DNA of 64,000 nt from Escherichia coli. GTDB taxonomy: Bacteria > Pseudomonadota > Gammaproteobacteria > Enterobacterales > Enterobacteriaceae. Below, one piece after another: positions 10,109 to 20,587 of the stretch. Positions within the stretch are counted from its first letter, which is position 1. Each line of letters begins with the position of its first letter. The DNA is taken from the NCBI RefSeq assembly GCF_013122565.1, contig NZ_CP053258.1; one strand, given 5' to 3'. The position numbers were made by a program, and so were the translations under genes. Under the pieces are notes generated by a model. It was not told where the DNA came from. It searched no databases and saw nothing but the letters and a program-made list of their open reading frames with translations.

Positions 10109-10600
10109 ATGACTCAAAGATATTTTCTATTTGCGGGAATAATTTTATGTGCTTTTATTGCAGCAATTCTTAGCCATATTGCGTTTCATCATGCCAATGA
10201 ACCAGCAGAGCAAAACATATCATGTAATGCCCATGTTATTAATTTCACCGATCATACGAAAATGGATCAATACTTTTCGTTAAATATGATTTCTGAAAAT
10301 AATACAGGGAATATGTATCTCACGGGTGCTTACACGGTAAATGGGAAAAAAATGGGTTTCATCCGCCGATATGTGAGTTTTACATACAAGAAATTCCGTG
10401 ATACCGTTTATTTCACCACAGTTAAAATACAAAAAATACAAAAAGATGATAACATTAGTGATGAAATCCTTGAAAATATCACTTCTGATTTTTTCATAAA
10501 AGTAGACACCTCAATTAATTTTTATGTTACACGTCAAAATGATTACAACTACGTATTCTCTACAGGCAGGACACCACGCTTCATATGTATTTCCCACTAA
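10109..10600 (+). CDS. Small N-terminally anchored periplasmic partner protein (ToxS/FidL/YqeJ-like) of the upstream ToxR-like regulator
   Basis: 163 aa. Starts 4 nt after the upstream stop (coupled). Single N-terminal TM (YFLFAGIILCAFIAAILSHIAF) followed by an Asn/Thr-rich periplasmic domain. Size and arrangement match ToxS/FidL-type partners. Confidence 0.5.
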   Translation: MTQRYFLFAGIILCAFIAAILSHIAFHHANEPAEQNISCNAHVINFTDHTKMDQYFSLNMISENNTGNMYLTGAYTVNGKKMGFIRRYVSFTYKKFRDTVYFTTVKIQKIQKDDNISDEILENITSDFFIKVDTSINFYVTRQNDYNYVFSTGRTPRFICISH

Positions 10601-10700
10601 CAGTAGTGTTGATCATTGCGCTTGTCATCAGATAATAACCTTCTGATGGCTTTGTTTATATTTTAAGGCAATAAAAAACATTCCAATATTGGTTAATTAT

Positions 10701-12215
10701 TTATCTGTTTACATACCACTGATAAAACTCTGTCGCTTTCATTGGTTTTGCATATAAGTACCCCTGAACTAATGTCACGTTATTATGAATAAGATATTCC
10801 GCCTGGTGAGGAGAACTGACACCTTCTGCAATCGTTATCAAATTTAGTCGATTACTCAGCTTAATAATAATATCTAAAACTGGCGTTTCGTCTTCCGCTG
10901 TAGTGAGTGTGTCTATAAAGCTTTTATCTATTTTAAGATAATCAACAGACAACTTTTGTAGAAGGCCAAGGGAACAATATCCCGTGCCAAAATCATCAAC
11001 TGCAAATTCACAGCCATGGATCCTTAATTCATTTATTTTCTGTAATGCAAGATCAGTGTCTTCAACCAGATTGCGTTCGGTAATCTCAAGGACAATATTA
11101 AATTTATCAGATATTGCATTTTTAATATGTAAAACATCAGCAACAAAGTCAGGATGTGCAAGATGTTCCGCGGCAATATTTATCCCAAGGTGAAACGGTT
11201 TTTTCACTTTCCAGCTTTGTACATCCTGAATAATCAGTTCAAAGAGATGCTTAGTTAACGGTATTATTAAATTTTCCTCTTCTGCCGCGCGGATAAAAAC
11301 TACCGGAGATATATTTTTACCATCTTCGCGTTGCCAGCGCATTAACGCTTCAACCCCCAGACACGCTTTGGTTGTCGTGTCGCACACTGGTTGATAATGC
11401 ACAGAAAATTCTCCGGATGACATTCCTTTTTTAATTTCTTCTGCCAGCGACATTTTCCGTGACATCCAGTGCTGCCATAAGAAATAGAGAATAAAAGAAA
11501 GAATAATAGATAACGGCAAAATATAAAGCACATTGCTAATGATATAGGGATATAACGAAATCATCGGCGTAGTAACTGTAAGACGAGCCTGACTGTTCGC
11601 AGAATTAAAATCTCTTTTTAACATATATAACCTGTCATTATTATTTACACCACTAATAATTGCAGGCCCTTCAGTAAAGCGAAGAGAAAATGAATCATCA
11701 TTCTCATCATCAAGAACATCCATTAGATCATAGATATATCGTGACTCGACAATACTAAAAGCTGTCATATTATTCCCTAATGGCATAAGGAACACTATGG
11801 CTGTTTTACCTGGTACAAAACTTGTTCCGCTAATTGATACTATGCGTGATTCTTTATTTTTATTGTGAAAGCTCGTACCGTAAACATCGTTAACATTCAT
11901 TTTTTTGAAACCGCTAACTGAAGAACATATTTGGAAATTATTTTCTATAAGACCCGTTGTTCGAACATAGGGAGTCAATGCTCCGTTAGCAATCAACTGC
12001 TCCAGGATATCTTTGCAGGGTTTCATCACCAGAATAGAAGTAAGCTTTGTCGTATGCTGGACAATTTGCGTAACATTATCAAGCTGTTTTAACAGAATAC
12101 CGGCGGTAATTGTCGTATCTCTATTCATTTGAAATATTGACATAGCAAACGATAGTAACACCCCCAGAATGCCTGGTATTATAATGAGTACAAACATTTT
12201 TTTGTTGAATACCAT
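10701..12215 (-). CDS. pdeT: CSS-motif EAL-domain c-di-GMP phosphodiesterase (PdeT/VmpA-like), absent from K-12
   Basis: ORF 10701..12311. Probable start is the Met at 12215 (MVFNKKMFVLIII...), immediately before TM1. Periplasmic domain with CSS motif (QICSSVSG) and a second Cys, then TM2. EAL domain with intact EAL (GVEALMRW), LEITE and DDFGTGY motifs. The gene name is assigned from memory of the EHEC vmpA/pdeT locus next to dgcT. Confidence 0.75.
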   Translation of the reverse strand: MVFNKKMFVLIIIPGILGVLLSFAMSIFQMNRDTTITAGILLKQLDNVTQIVQHTTKLTSILVMKPCKDILEQLIANGALTPYVRTTGLIENNFQICSSVSGFKKMNVNDVYGTSFHNKNKESRIVSISGTSFVPGKTAIVFLMPLGNNMTAFSIVESRYIYDLMDVLDDENDDSFSLRFTEGPAIISGVNNNDRLYMLKRDFNSANSQARLTVTTPMISLYPYIISNVLYILPLSIILSFILYFLWQHWMSRKMSLAEEIKKGMSSGEFSVHYQPVCDTTTKACLGVEALMRWQREDGKNISPVVFIRAAEEENLIIPLTKHLFELIIQDVQSWKVKKPFHLGINIAAEHLAHPDFVADVLHIKNAISDKFNIVLEITERNLVEDTDLALQKINELRIHGCEFAVDDFGTGYCSLGLLQKLSVDYLKIDKSFIDTLTTAEDETPVLDIIIKLSNRLNLITIAEGVSSPHQAEYLIHNNVTLVQGYLYAKPMKATEFYQWYVNR

Positions 12216-12408
12216 ACATGTTTCCCCACGCATCAGGGTGATGCAACCTAAGAAATTATAGTACAATTGCCAGTAAAAGCGGGTGATAGCAGATTGATCA
12301 ATGATAAGCATTTAAGATCATATAGTACTATGATATTTCTGAAAATTGTTACGCAAGTCTGCGAATAGCTATTTAGCGCTTACCAAAATCACCCGCTAAA
12401 ATGCCGCT

Positions 12409-13767
12409 TCATGGTGACTCACAAAAATTCACCACATCCCTCACAACCACCTTATTACGCCCGGTCTCTTTCGCCTCGTATAGTGCGTTATCAGCCAGTC
12501 GATAGATCTCATTCGGGTTTAACGCATTTTCCTGAGTCACAACAGCGCCAATACTAATCGTCACTTTTTGTGGTATGGCGTATTCAGGATTATCGCCAGT
12601 TAAACGCTCAACATTTTCCCGAATCCTTTCCGCTAAAGCTTTCGCACGTTCAGTATCGATGTCCGTCAGCAAGACGCCAAACTCTTCGCCGCCGACGCGC
12701 GCAAAAAGGTCATCTGGCCGTATGCTTTTCCCAATGATATTCACCACTGTTTTTATCACCTGATCGCCAACCGGATGCCCCCAGGTATCGTTGACTTTTT
12801 TGAAGTGGTCGATATCCATAATCATGACGCAATAAGGCGTTTTTTTGGCTGATGCTGATTGAACTGTCAGTTCATTAAAAAAATAATTTCTGTTAAATAT
12901 ATTGGTTAAGGAATCGCGATGTGCAATGTCCTTTGTTACTCGTAGCGCACTGAATATATGGCACATAAATATTACCATAACGGTTAACTTACTGACTACT
13001 TCAATAGTGCGACTAATATACCAAGTGGACACGCTATACCTGCTCATAAATAACAGAGAGATATTGTACAGTACGGCACAAAAAGCAATCACCGTCACTC
13101 CATTCCAGATATCATAGCGTAAACCATTAAAGTATAGATTAACCGAAAGCAAGGTTAACCACATGAAAATCATTATGGTAACATATGATGTTTTCCAAAC
13201 CACCTGATCATTTTCATTGGTTAACTCGGCAATGTGTAAATTGTAGCTCTCATAATGACTAGAAAGTATGTGAGCAACTATCGGCCCCCCAACAACAAAA
13301 AACAAACTTATGCACAAAGTCATTTTTTTGGAAAATAAATTGCGCTGTTTTGTGTTTTCACTAACTTTACTCACCAATGCCAGAAATATTAATATGCACA
13401 AACTCATCTGACGAAACAAATAATAAATTGCAATGTCATTTTGAACAACACTGCTTGTCAAACGCCCCTCAATAATTTGCTGAATGATAATGACGGTTTT
13501 AACAAAGTAAATCAAACAACTCAGAAAAGCCAAACTAAGTATACAGTTTGAAAATTGCCTACGGTCATAAATGAAATACAACTGCATAAAAATAAATGCA
13601 ACAGTATCGATAAAAAATAAAGCAATCATTACCATCAGATAGGTTGATCGTGGAACAACTTCCTCAACGCCTGGCTGATTAAACCAACTATTCACCAAAA
13701 CCAAAGCAAGCCCAAACAATAAGCTCACTAATACAGTACTACTAATTCTCAAATAGTCTTTTTCCAT
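12409..13767 (-). CDS. dgcT: Diguanylate cyclase DgcT (YcdT): multi-TM sensor domain plus GGDEF domain
   Basis: Near-identical to K-12 YcdT from MEKDYLRISS... (the ORF extends 24 codons further upstream to 13839). GGEEF active site and RPDD I-site are present. Divergent from pgaA, as in K-12. Confidence 0.95.
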   Translation of the reverse strand: MEKDYLRISSTVLVSLLFGLALVLVNSWFNQPGVEEVVPRSTYLMVMIALFFIDTVAFIFMQLYFIYDRRQFSNCILSLAFLSCLIYFVKTVIIIQQIIEGRLTSSVVQNDIAIYYLFRQMSLCILIFLALVSKVSENTKQRNLFSKKMTLCISLFFVVGGPIVAHILSSHYESYNLHIAELTNENDQVVWKTSYVTIMIFMWLTLLSVNLYFNGLRYDIWNGVTVIAFCAVLYNISLLFMSRYSVSTWYISRTIEVVSKLTVMVIFMCHIFSALRVTKDIAHRDSLTNIFNRNYFFNELTVQSASAKKTPYCVMIMDIDHFKKVNDTWGHPVGDQVIKTVVNIIGKSIRPDDLFARVGGEEFGVLLTDIDTERAKALAERIRENVERLTGDNPEYAIPQKVTISIGAVVTQENALNPNEIYRLADNALYEAKETGRNKVVVRDVVNFCESP

Positions 13768-14119
13768 AAAGCTACACCAATCTGTAGGTTGTAGATCCCT
13801 TTCTATTATTAATAGATATAAGAACTGTACTGTTGTCAATATGAAATTCCGACCACAAACAATACCGATGATGATAGTTGCAGCCGCAATTATTATTACC
13901 TTAGTGCTTTATACATTCTTTGCGACAAGACAGGCTTGCAAATACTTATAAATGGTTATAAGGAAATCCTTATGAAACATTAATTCATAGATAGATTAGG
14001 AATAACAATTGAATCCGTGAGTACAGTAACGCTGCATTTCATCAGGACTTTCGAAAAATCCGATATCATGCATCGGAATTTACTGATTTAATTATTTTAA
14101 TCCTAATTTATTTTGAAAA

Positions 14120-14354
14120 AGGCATTGGGATTTATGCCGTATTCCTGAAGATCCTCATCATTGGAATGGATTTTCGGGCGACAAAAGGATTTTATATGGA
14201 CACTCTGCTCATCATTTCTTCTTCTCATCATCAACAATTCACGTCTCTCTTCCGCGTTTAATAACGGATTATGAGGTGCAAAAAATATCTTTCTTTTCAG
14301 TTACCTGTAATTAGATACAGAGAGAGATTTTGGCAATACATGGAGTAATACAGG
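14120..14354 (+). promoter_or_regulatory. pgaA 5' leader with multiple GGA motifs (CsrA-binding type), the last overlapping the SD and start codon
   Basis: Several GGA motifs are seen (ttgggatt, ttggaatggatt, aaaggatt, atatggaca, aacggatt, catggagtaatacaggATG). It is established that CsrA represses pgaA translation via its leader. Confidence 0.5.
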
Positions 14355-16778
14355 ATGTATTCAAGTAGCAGAAAAAGGTGCCCGAAAACCAAATGGGCTT
14401 TGAAAATTCTTACTGCCGCATTTTTAGCAGCGAGTCCCGCGGCGAAGTGTGCTGTTAATAACGCCTATGATGCATTGATTATTGAAGCTCGCAAGGGAAA
14501 TACTCAGCCAGCTTTGTTATGGTTTGCACAAAAATCAGCACTCAGTAATAACCAGATTGCTGACTGGTTACAGATTGCCTTATGGGCCGGGCAAGATAAA
14601 CAGGTTATTACCGTTTACAACCGCTACCGTCATCAGCAATTACCAGCGCGTGGTTATGCAGCTGTCGCCGTAGCTTATCGTAACCGGCAACAATGGCAAA
14701 ACTCGCTTACACTGTGGCAAAAGGCGCTCTCTCTGGAGCCGCAAAATAAGGATTATCAACGGGGACAAATTTTAACCCTGGCAGATGCGGGTCACTATGA
14801 TACTGCGCTGGTTAAACTTAAGCAGCTTAACTCTGGAGCACCGGACAAAGCCAATTTACTCGCAGAAGCTTATATCTATAAACTGGCGGGGCGTCATCAG
14901 GATGAATTACGGGCGATGACAGAGTCATTACCTGAAAATGCATCTACGCAACAATATCCCACAGAATACGTGCAGGCATTACGTAATAATCAACTTGCTG
15001 CCGCGATTGACGATGCCAATTTAACGCCAGATATTCGCGCTGATATTCATGCCGAACTGGTCAGACTGTCGTTTATGCCTACGCGCAGTGAAAGTGAACG
15101 TTATGCCATTGCCGATCGCGCCCTCGCCCAATACGCTGCATTAGAAATTCTGTGGCATGATAACCCAGACCGCACTGCCCAGTACCAGCGTATTCAGATT
15201 GATCATCTTGGTGCGTTATTAACTCGCGATCGTTATAAAGACGTTATTTCTCACTATCAGCGTTTAAAAAAGACGGGGCAAATTATTCCGCCCTGGGCGC
15301 AATATTGGGTTGCGTCGGCTTATCTCAAAGATCATCAGCCGAAAAAAGCACAGTCAATAATGACCGAGCTCTTTTATCACAAGGAGATCATTGCCCCGGA
15401 TTTATCCGATGAAGAACTTGCGGATCTCTTTTACAGCCACCTGGAGAGTGAAAATTATCCCGGCGCGCTAACTGTCACCCAACATACCATTAATACTGCG
15501 CCGCCTTTCCTTCGGTTAATGGGCACGCCTACGAGCATCCCGAATGATACCTGGTTACAGGGGCATTCGTTTCTCTCAACCGTAGCAAAATATAGTAATG
15601 ATCTTCCTCAGGCTGAAATGACAGCCAGAGAGCTTGCTTATAACGCACCAGGAAATCAGGGACTGCGCATTGATTACGCGAGTGTGTTACAAGCCCGCGG
15701 TTGGCCTCGTGCAGCAGAAAATGAATTAAAAAAAGCAGAAGTGATCGAGCCACGTAATATTAATCTGGAGGTTGAACAAGCCTGGACAGCATTAACGTTA
15801 CAAGAATGGCAGCAGGCAGCTGTCTTAACGCACGATGTTGTCGAACGTCAACCGCAAGATCCCGGCGTTGTACGTTTAAAACGTGCGGTTGATGTACATA
15901 ATCTTGCAGAGCTTCGTATAGCTGGTTCAACAGGAATTGATGCCGAAGGCCCGGATAGTGGTAAACATGATGTCGACTTAACCACCATCGTTTATTCACC
16001 ACCGCTGAAGGATAACTGGCGCGGTTTTGCTGGATTCGGTTATGCCGATGGACAATTTAGCGAAGGAAAAGGGATTGTTCGCGACTGGCTGGCGGGTGTT
16101 GAGTGGCGGTCACGTAATATCTGGCTCGAGGCGGAGTACGCTGAACGCTTTTTCAATCATGAGCATAAACCCGGCGCGCGCCTGTCTGGCTGGTATGATT
16201 TTAATGATAACTGGCGTATCGGTTCGCAACTGGAACGCCTCTCTCACCGCGTTCCATTACGGGCAATGAAAAATGGTGTTACAGGCAACAGTGCTCAGGC
16301 TTATGTTCGCTGGTATCAAAATGAGCGGCGTAAGTACGGTGTCTCCTGGGCTTTCACTGATTTTTCCGACAGTAACCAGCGTCATGAAGTCTCAATTGAG
16401 GGTCAGGAACGCATCTGGTCTTCACCATATTTGATTGTCGATTTCCTACCCAGTCTGTATTACGAACAAAATACAGAACACGATATCCCATACTACAACC
16501 CTATAAAAACGTTCGATATTGTTCCGGCATTTGAGGCAAGTCATTTGTTATGGCGTAGCTATGAAAATAGCTGGGAGCAAATCTTCAGCGCAGGTGTTGG
16601 TGCCTCCTGGCAAAAACATTATGGCACGGATGTCGTCACCCAACTCGGCTACGGGCAACGCATTAGCTGGAATGACGTGATTGATGCTGGCGCAACGCTA
16701 CGCTGGGAAAAACGACCTTATGACGGTGACAGAGAACACAACTTATACGTTGAATTCGATATGACATTCAGATTTTAA
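14355..16778 (+). CDS. pgaA: PGA (poly-beta-1,6-N-acetylglucosamine) outer-membrane export porin PgaA
   Basis: 807 aa; matches K-12 PgaA (MYSSSRKRCPKTKWALKILTAAFLAASPAAK...); TPR-rich N-terminal domain and C-terminal beta-barrel. Confidence 0.95.
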   Translation: MYSSSRKRCPKTKWALKILTAAFLAASPAAKCAVNNAYDALIIEARKGNTQPALLWFAQKSALSNNQIADWLQIALWAGQDKQVITVYNRYRHQQLPARGYAAVAVAYRNRQQWQNSLTLWQKALSLEPQNKDYQRGQILTLADAGHYDTALVKLKQLNSGAPDKANLLAEAYIYKLAGRHQDELRAMTESLPENASTQQYPTEYVQALRNNQLAAAIDDANLTPDIRADIHAELVRLSFMPTRSESERYAIADRALAQYAALEILWHDNPDRTAQYQRIQIDHLGALLTRDRYKDVISHYQRLKKTGQIIPPWAQYWVASAYLKDHQPKKAQSIMTELFYHKEIIAPDLSDEELADLFYSHLESENYPGALTVTQHTINTAPPFLRLMGTPTSIPNDTWLQGHSFLSTVAKYSNDLPQAEMTARELAYNAPGNQGLRIDYASVLQARGWPRAAENELKKAEVIEPRNINLEVEQAWTALTLQEWQQAAVLTHDVVERQPQDPGVVRLKRAVDVHNLAELRIAGSTGIDAEGPDSGKHDVDLTTIVYSPPLKDNWRGFAGFGYADGQFSEGKGIVRDWLAGVEWRSRNIWLEAEYAERFFNHEHKPGARLSGWYDFNDNWRIGSQLERLSHRVPLRAMKNGVTGNSAQAYVRWYQNERRKYGVSWAFTDFSDSNQRHEVSIEGQERIWSSPYLIVDFLPSLYYEQNTEHDIPYYNPIKTFDIVPAFEASHLLWRSYENSWEQIFSAGVGASWQKHYGTDVVTQLGYGQRISWNDVIDAGATLRWEKRPYDGDREHNLYVEFDMTFRF

Positions 16779-16786
16779 GGATAAAT

Positions 16787-18805
16787 ATGTTACGTAATGG
16801 AAATAAATATCTCCTGATGCTGGTGAGTATAATTATGCTCACTGCGTGCATTAGCCAGTCAAAAACATCATTTATACCGCCACAGGATCGCGAGTCTTTA
16901 CTCGCCGAGCAACCGTGGCCGCATAATGGTTTTGTGGCGATTTCATGGCATAACGTTGAAGACGAAGCTGCCGACCAGCGTTTTATGTCAGTGCGGACAT
17001 CAGCACTACGTGAACAATTTGCCTGGCTGCGCGAGAACGGTTATCAACCGGTCAGTATTGCTCAAATTCGTGAAGCACATCGAGGAGGAAAACCGCTACC
17101 GGAAAAAGCAGTAGTGCTGACTTTTGATGACGGCTACCAGAGTTTTTATACCCGCGTCTTCCCAATTCTCCAGGCCTTCCAGTGGCCTGCTGTATGGGCC
17201 CCCGTCGGCAGTTGGGTCGATACGCCAGCGGATGAACAAGTAAAATTTGGCGATGAGATGGTCGATCGAGAATATTTTGCCACGTGGCAACAAGTGCGAG
17301 AAGTTGCGCGTTCCCCGCTCGTTGAAGTCGCTTCTCATACATGGAATTCTCACTACGGTATTCAGGCTAATGCCACCGGCAGCTTATTGCCTGTATATGT
17401 AAATCGTGCATATTTTACTGACCACGCACGGTATGAAACCGCAGCAGAATACCGGGAAAGAATTCGTCTGGATGCTGTAAAAATGACGGAATACCTGCAT
17501 ACAAAGGCTAAGGTAAATCCACACGTTTTTGTTTGGCCTTATGGCGAAGCGAATGGCATAGCGATAGAGGAATTAAAAAAACTCGGTTATGACATGTTCT
17601 TCACCCTTGAATCAGGTTTGGCAAATGCGTCGCAATTGGATTCCATTCCGCGAGTATTAATCGCCAATAATCCCTCATTAAAAGAGTTTGCCCAGAAAAT
17701 TATTACCGTACAGGAAAAATCACCACAACGGATAATGCATATCGATCTTGATTACGTTTATGACGAAAACCGCCAGCAAATGGATCGCAATATTGATGTG
17801 CTAATTCAGCGGGTGAAAGATATGCAAATATCAACCGTGTATTTGCAGGCATTTGCTGATCCCGATGGTGATGGGCTGGTCAAAGAGGTCTGGTTTCCAA
17901 ATCGTTTGCTACCAATGAAAGCAGATATTTTTAGTCGGGTTGCCTGGCAATTACGTACCCGCTCAGGTGTAAACATCTATGCGTGGATGCCGGTATTAAG
18001 CTGGGATTTAGATCCCACATTAACGCGAGTAAAATACTTACCAACTGGGGAGAAAAAAGCACAAATTCATCCTGAACAATATCGCCGTCTCTCGCCTTTT
18101 GATGACAGGGTCAGAGCACAAGTTGGCATGTTATATGAAGATCTTGCCGGACATGCTGCTTTTGATGGCCTATTGTTCCACGATGATGCTTTGCTTTCAG
18201 ATTATGAAGATGCCAGTGCACCGGCTATCGCGGCTTATCAGCAAGCAGGCTTTAGCGGGAGTCTGAGCGAAATTCGACAAAACCCGGAGCAATTTAAACA
18301 GTGGACCCGCTTTAAAAGTCGTGCGTTAACTGACTTCACTTTAGAACTTAGTGCGCGCGTAAAAGCCATTCGTGGTCCACATGTTAAAACTGCACGAAAT
18401 ATTTTTGCACTTCCGGTAACACAACCTGAAAGTGAAGCCTGGTTTGCACAGAATTATGCTGATTTCCTAAAAAGCTATGACTGGACTGCTATTATGGCTA
18501 TGCCTTATATGGAAGGTGTCGCAGAAAAATCGGCTGATCAATGGTTAATACAACTGATCAATCAGATTAAAAGCATCCCTCAGGCTAAAGACAAATCTAT
18601 TTTAGAATTACAGGCACAAAACTGGCAGAAAAATGGTCAGCATCAGGCTATTTCTTCGCAACAACTCGCTCACTGGATGAGCCTATTACAACTGAATGGA
18701 GTGAAAAACTATGGTTATTATCCCGACAATTTTCTGCATAACCAACCTGAAATAGACGTTATTCGTCCTGAGTTTTCAACAGCCTGGTATCCGAAAAATG
18801 ATTAA
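16787..18805 (+). CDS. pgaB: PGA N-deacetylase lipoprotein PgaB
   Basis: 672 aa; lipoprotein signal (LTACIS); matches K-12 PgaB. Confidence 0.95.
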   Translation: MLRNGNKYLLMLVSIIMLTACISQSKTSFIPPQDRESLLAEQPWPHNGFVAISWHNVEDEAADQRFMSVRTSALREQFAWLRENGYQPVSIAQIREAHRGGKPLPEKAVVLTFDDGYQSFYTRVFPILQAFQWPAVWAPVGSWVDTPADEQVKFGDEMVDREYFATWQQVREVARSPLVEVASHTWNSHYGIQANATGSLLPVYVNRAYFTDHARYETAAEYRERIRLDAVKMTEYLHTKAKVNPHVFVWPYGEANGIAIEELKKLGYDMFFTLESGLANASQLDSIPRVLIANNPSLKEFAQKIITVQEKSPQRIMHIDLDYVYDENRQQMDRNIDVLIQRVKDMQISTVYLQAFADPDGDGLVKEVWFPNRLLPMKADIFSRVAWQLRTRSGVNIYAWMPVLSWDLDPTLTRVKYLPTGEKKAQIHPEQYRRLSPFDDRVRAQVGMLYEDLAGHAAFDGLLFHDDALLSDYEDASAPAIAAYQQAGFSGSLSEIRQNPEQFKQWTRFKSRALTDFTLELSARVKAIRGPHVKTARNIFALPVTQPESEAWFAQNYADFLKSYDWTAIMAMPYMEGVAEKSADQWLIQLINQIKSIPQAKDKSILELQAQNWQKNGQHQAISSQQLAHWMSLLQLNGVKNYGYYPDNFLHNQPEIDVIRPEFSTAWYPKND

Positions 18806-20123
18806 TCGCATCGTATCGTTTTTTATATTATGTCTGGTGTTATGCATACCCCTATGCGTAGCGTACTTTCACTCTGGTGAACTGATGATGAGGTTCGTTT
18901 TCTTCTGGCCGTTTTTTATGTCCATTATGTGGATTGTTGGCGGCGTCTATTTCTGGGTCTATCGTGAACGCCACTGGCCGTGGGGAGAAAACGCACCAGC
19001 TCCCCTGTTGAAAGATAATCCGTCTATCTCCATTATCATTCCCTGTTTTAATGAGGAGAAAAACGTTGAGGAAACCATACACGCCGCTTTAGCACAGCGT
19101 TATGAGAACATTGAAGTTATTGCCGTAAATGACGGTTCAACAGATAAAACCCGTGCCATCCTGGATCGCATGGCTGCACAAATTCCCCATTTGCGGGTCA
19201 TTCATCTGGCGCAAAACCAGGGGAAAGCCATTGCGCTTAAAACCGGAGCTGCCGCGGCGAAAAGTGAATATCTGGTGTGCATTGATGGCGACGCGTTATT
19301 AGACCGCGATGCGGCGGCATATATTGTGGAACCGATGTTGTACAACCCGCGTGTGGGTGCCGTAACCGGTAATCCTCGTATTCGCACACGTTCTACCCTG
19401 GTGGGTAAAATTCAGGTTGGCGAGTATTCCTCAATTATTGGTTTGATCAAGCGAACCCAGCGTATCTATGGAAACGTATTTACCGTTTCCGGTGTTATTG
19501 CCGCATTTCGTCGCAGCGCCCTGGCAGAGGTGGGTTACTGGAGTGACGATATGATCACCGAAGATATTGATATTAGCTGGAAGCTGCAGTTGAATCAGTG
19601 GACGATTTTTTACGAGCCTCGGGCGCTGTGCTGGATATTAATGCCTGAAACGTTAAAAGGGCTGTGGAAACAGCGCCTGCGCTGGGCTCAGGGCGGTGCA
19701 GAAGTATTCCTCAAAAATATGACAAGGCTATGGCGCAAAGAAAACTTTCGAATGTGGCCACTGTTTTTTGAATACTGCCTGACAACAATATGGGCCTTCA
19801 CCTGCCTGGTCGGTTTCATTATTTACGCAGTCCAACTTGCCGGTGTACCGTTAAATATTGAATTGACACATATCGCTGCGACACATACTGCCGGAATATT
19901 ATTGTGTACGTTATGTTTACTGCAATTTATTGTCAGCCTGATGATCGAGAATCGCTATGAGCATAATCTGACTTCATCGCTTTTCTGGATTATTTGGTTC
20001 CCGGTTATTTTCTGGATGCTGAGCCTGGCAACGACATTGGTATCATTTACACGAGTCATGTTGATGCCTAAAAAGCAACGCGCCCGTTGGGTAAGTCCTG
20101 ATCGCGGGATTCTGAGAGGTTAA
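18798..20123 (+). CDS. pgaC: PGA synthase (GT2 glycosyltransferase) PgaC
   Basis: 441 aa; GT2 motifs ([12 protein letters not shown]); start overlaps pgaB. Confidence 0.95.
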
Positions 20124-20124
20124 T

Positions 20125-20538
20125 ATGAACAATTTAATTATTACGACCCGACAATCGCCAGTACGTTTACTGGTTGATTATGTTGCCACAACCATCTTGT
20201 GGACATTATTTGCTTTGTTCATATTCTTATTCGCCATGGATCTGCTGACGGGTTATTACTGGCAAAGCGAGGCCCGAAGCCGACTTCAGTTCTATTTTTT
20301 GCTGGCAGTGGCGAATGCCGTCGTGTTAATTGTCTGGGCGCTGTACAATAAGCTGCGTTTTCAAAAACAGCAGCATCATGCAGCCTACCAATATACGCCG
20401 CAAGAATATGCAGAGAGCTTAGCAATACCTGATGAGCTCTATCAGCAACTACAAAAAAGCCACAGGATGAGCGTACACTTCACCAGCCAGGGGCAAATAA
20501 AAATGGTGGTTTCAGAAAAAGCGCTAGTCCGGGCATAA
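20125..20538 (+). CDS. pgaD: PGA synthase accessory subunit PgaD (c-di-GMP responsive with PgaC)
   Basis: 137 aa; two TM segments; matches K-12 PgaD. Confidence 0.95.
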
Positions 20539-20551
20539 ACACCCAAAACAA

Positions 20552-20570
20552 AGCCCGGTTCGCCCGGGCT
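20552..20570 (-). terminator. GC hairpin between the convergent pgaD and phoH genes; likely phoH terminator
   Basis: Inverted repeat agcccgg-ttcg-cccgggct with an A-run on the + strand (a U-run on the - strand). Confidence 0.4.
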
Positions 20571-20587
20571 CTGCACCGATAATACAC

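Noticed and set aside
12409-13839. Possible N-terminal extension of dgcT (24 extra codons upstream of MEKDYL...)
   Set aside because: The extension is in frame but the K-12 protein starts at MEKDYLRISS and the extra residues have no TM or signal character; treated as ORF-finder over-extension.
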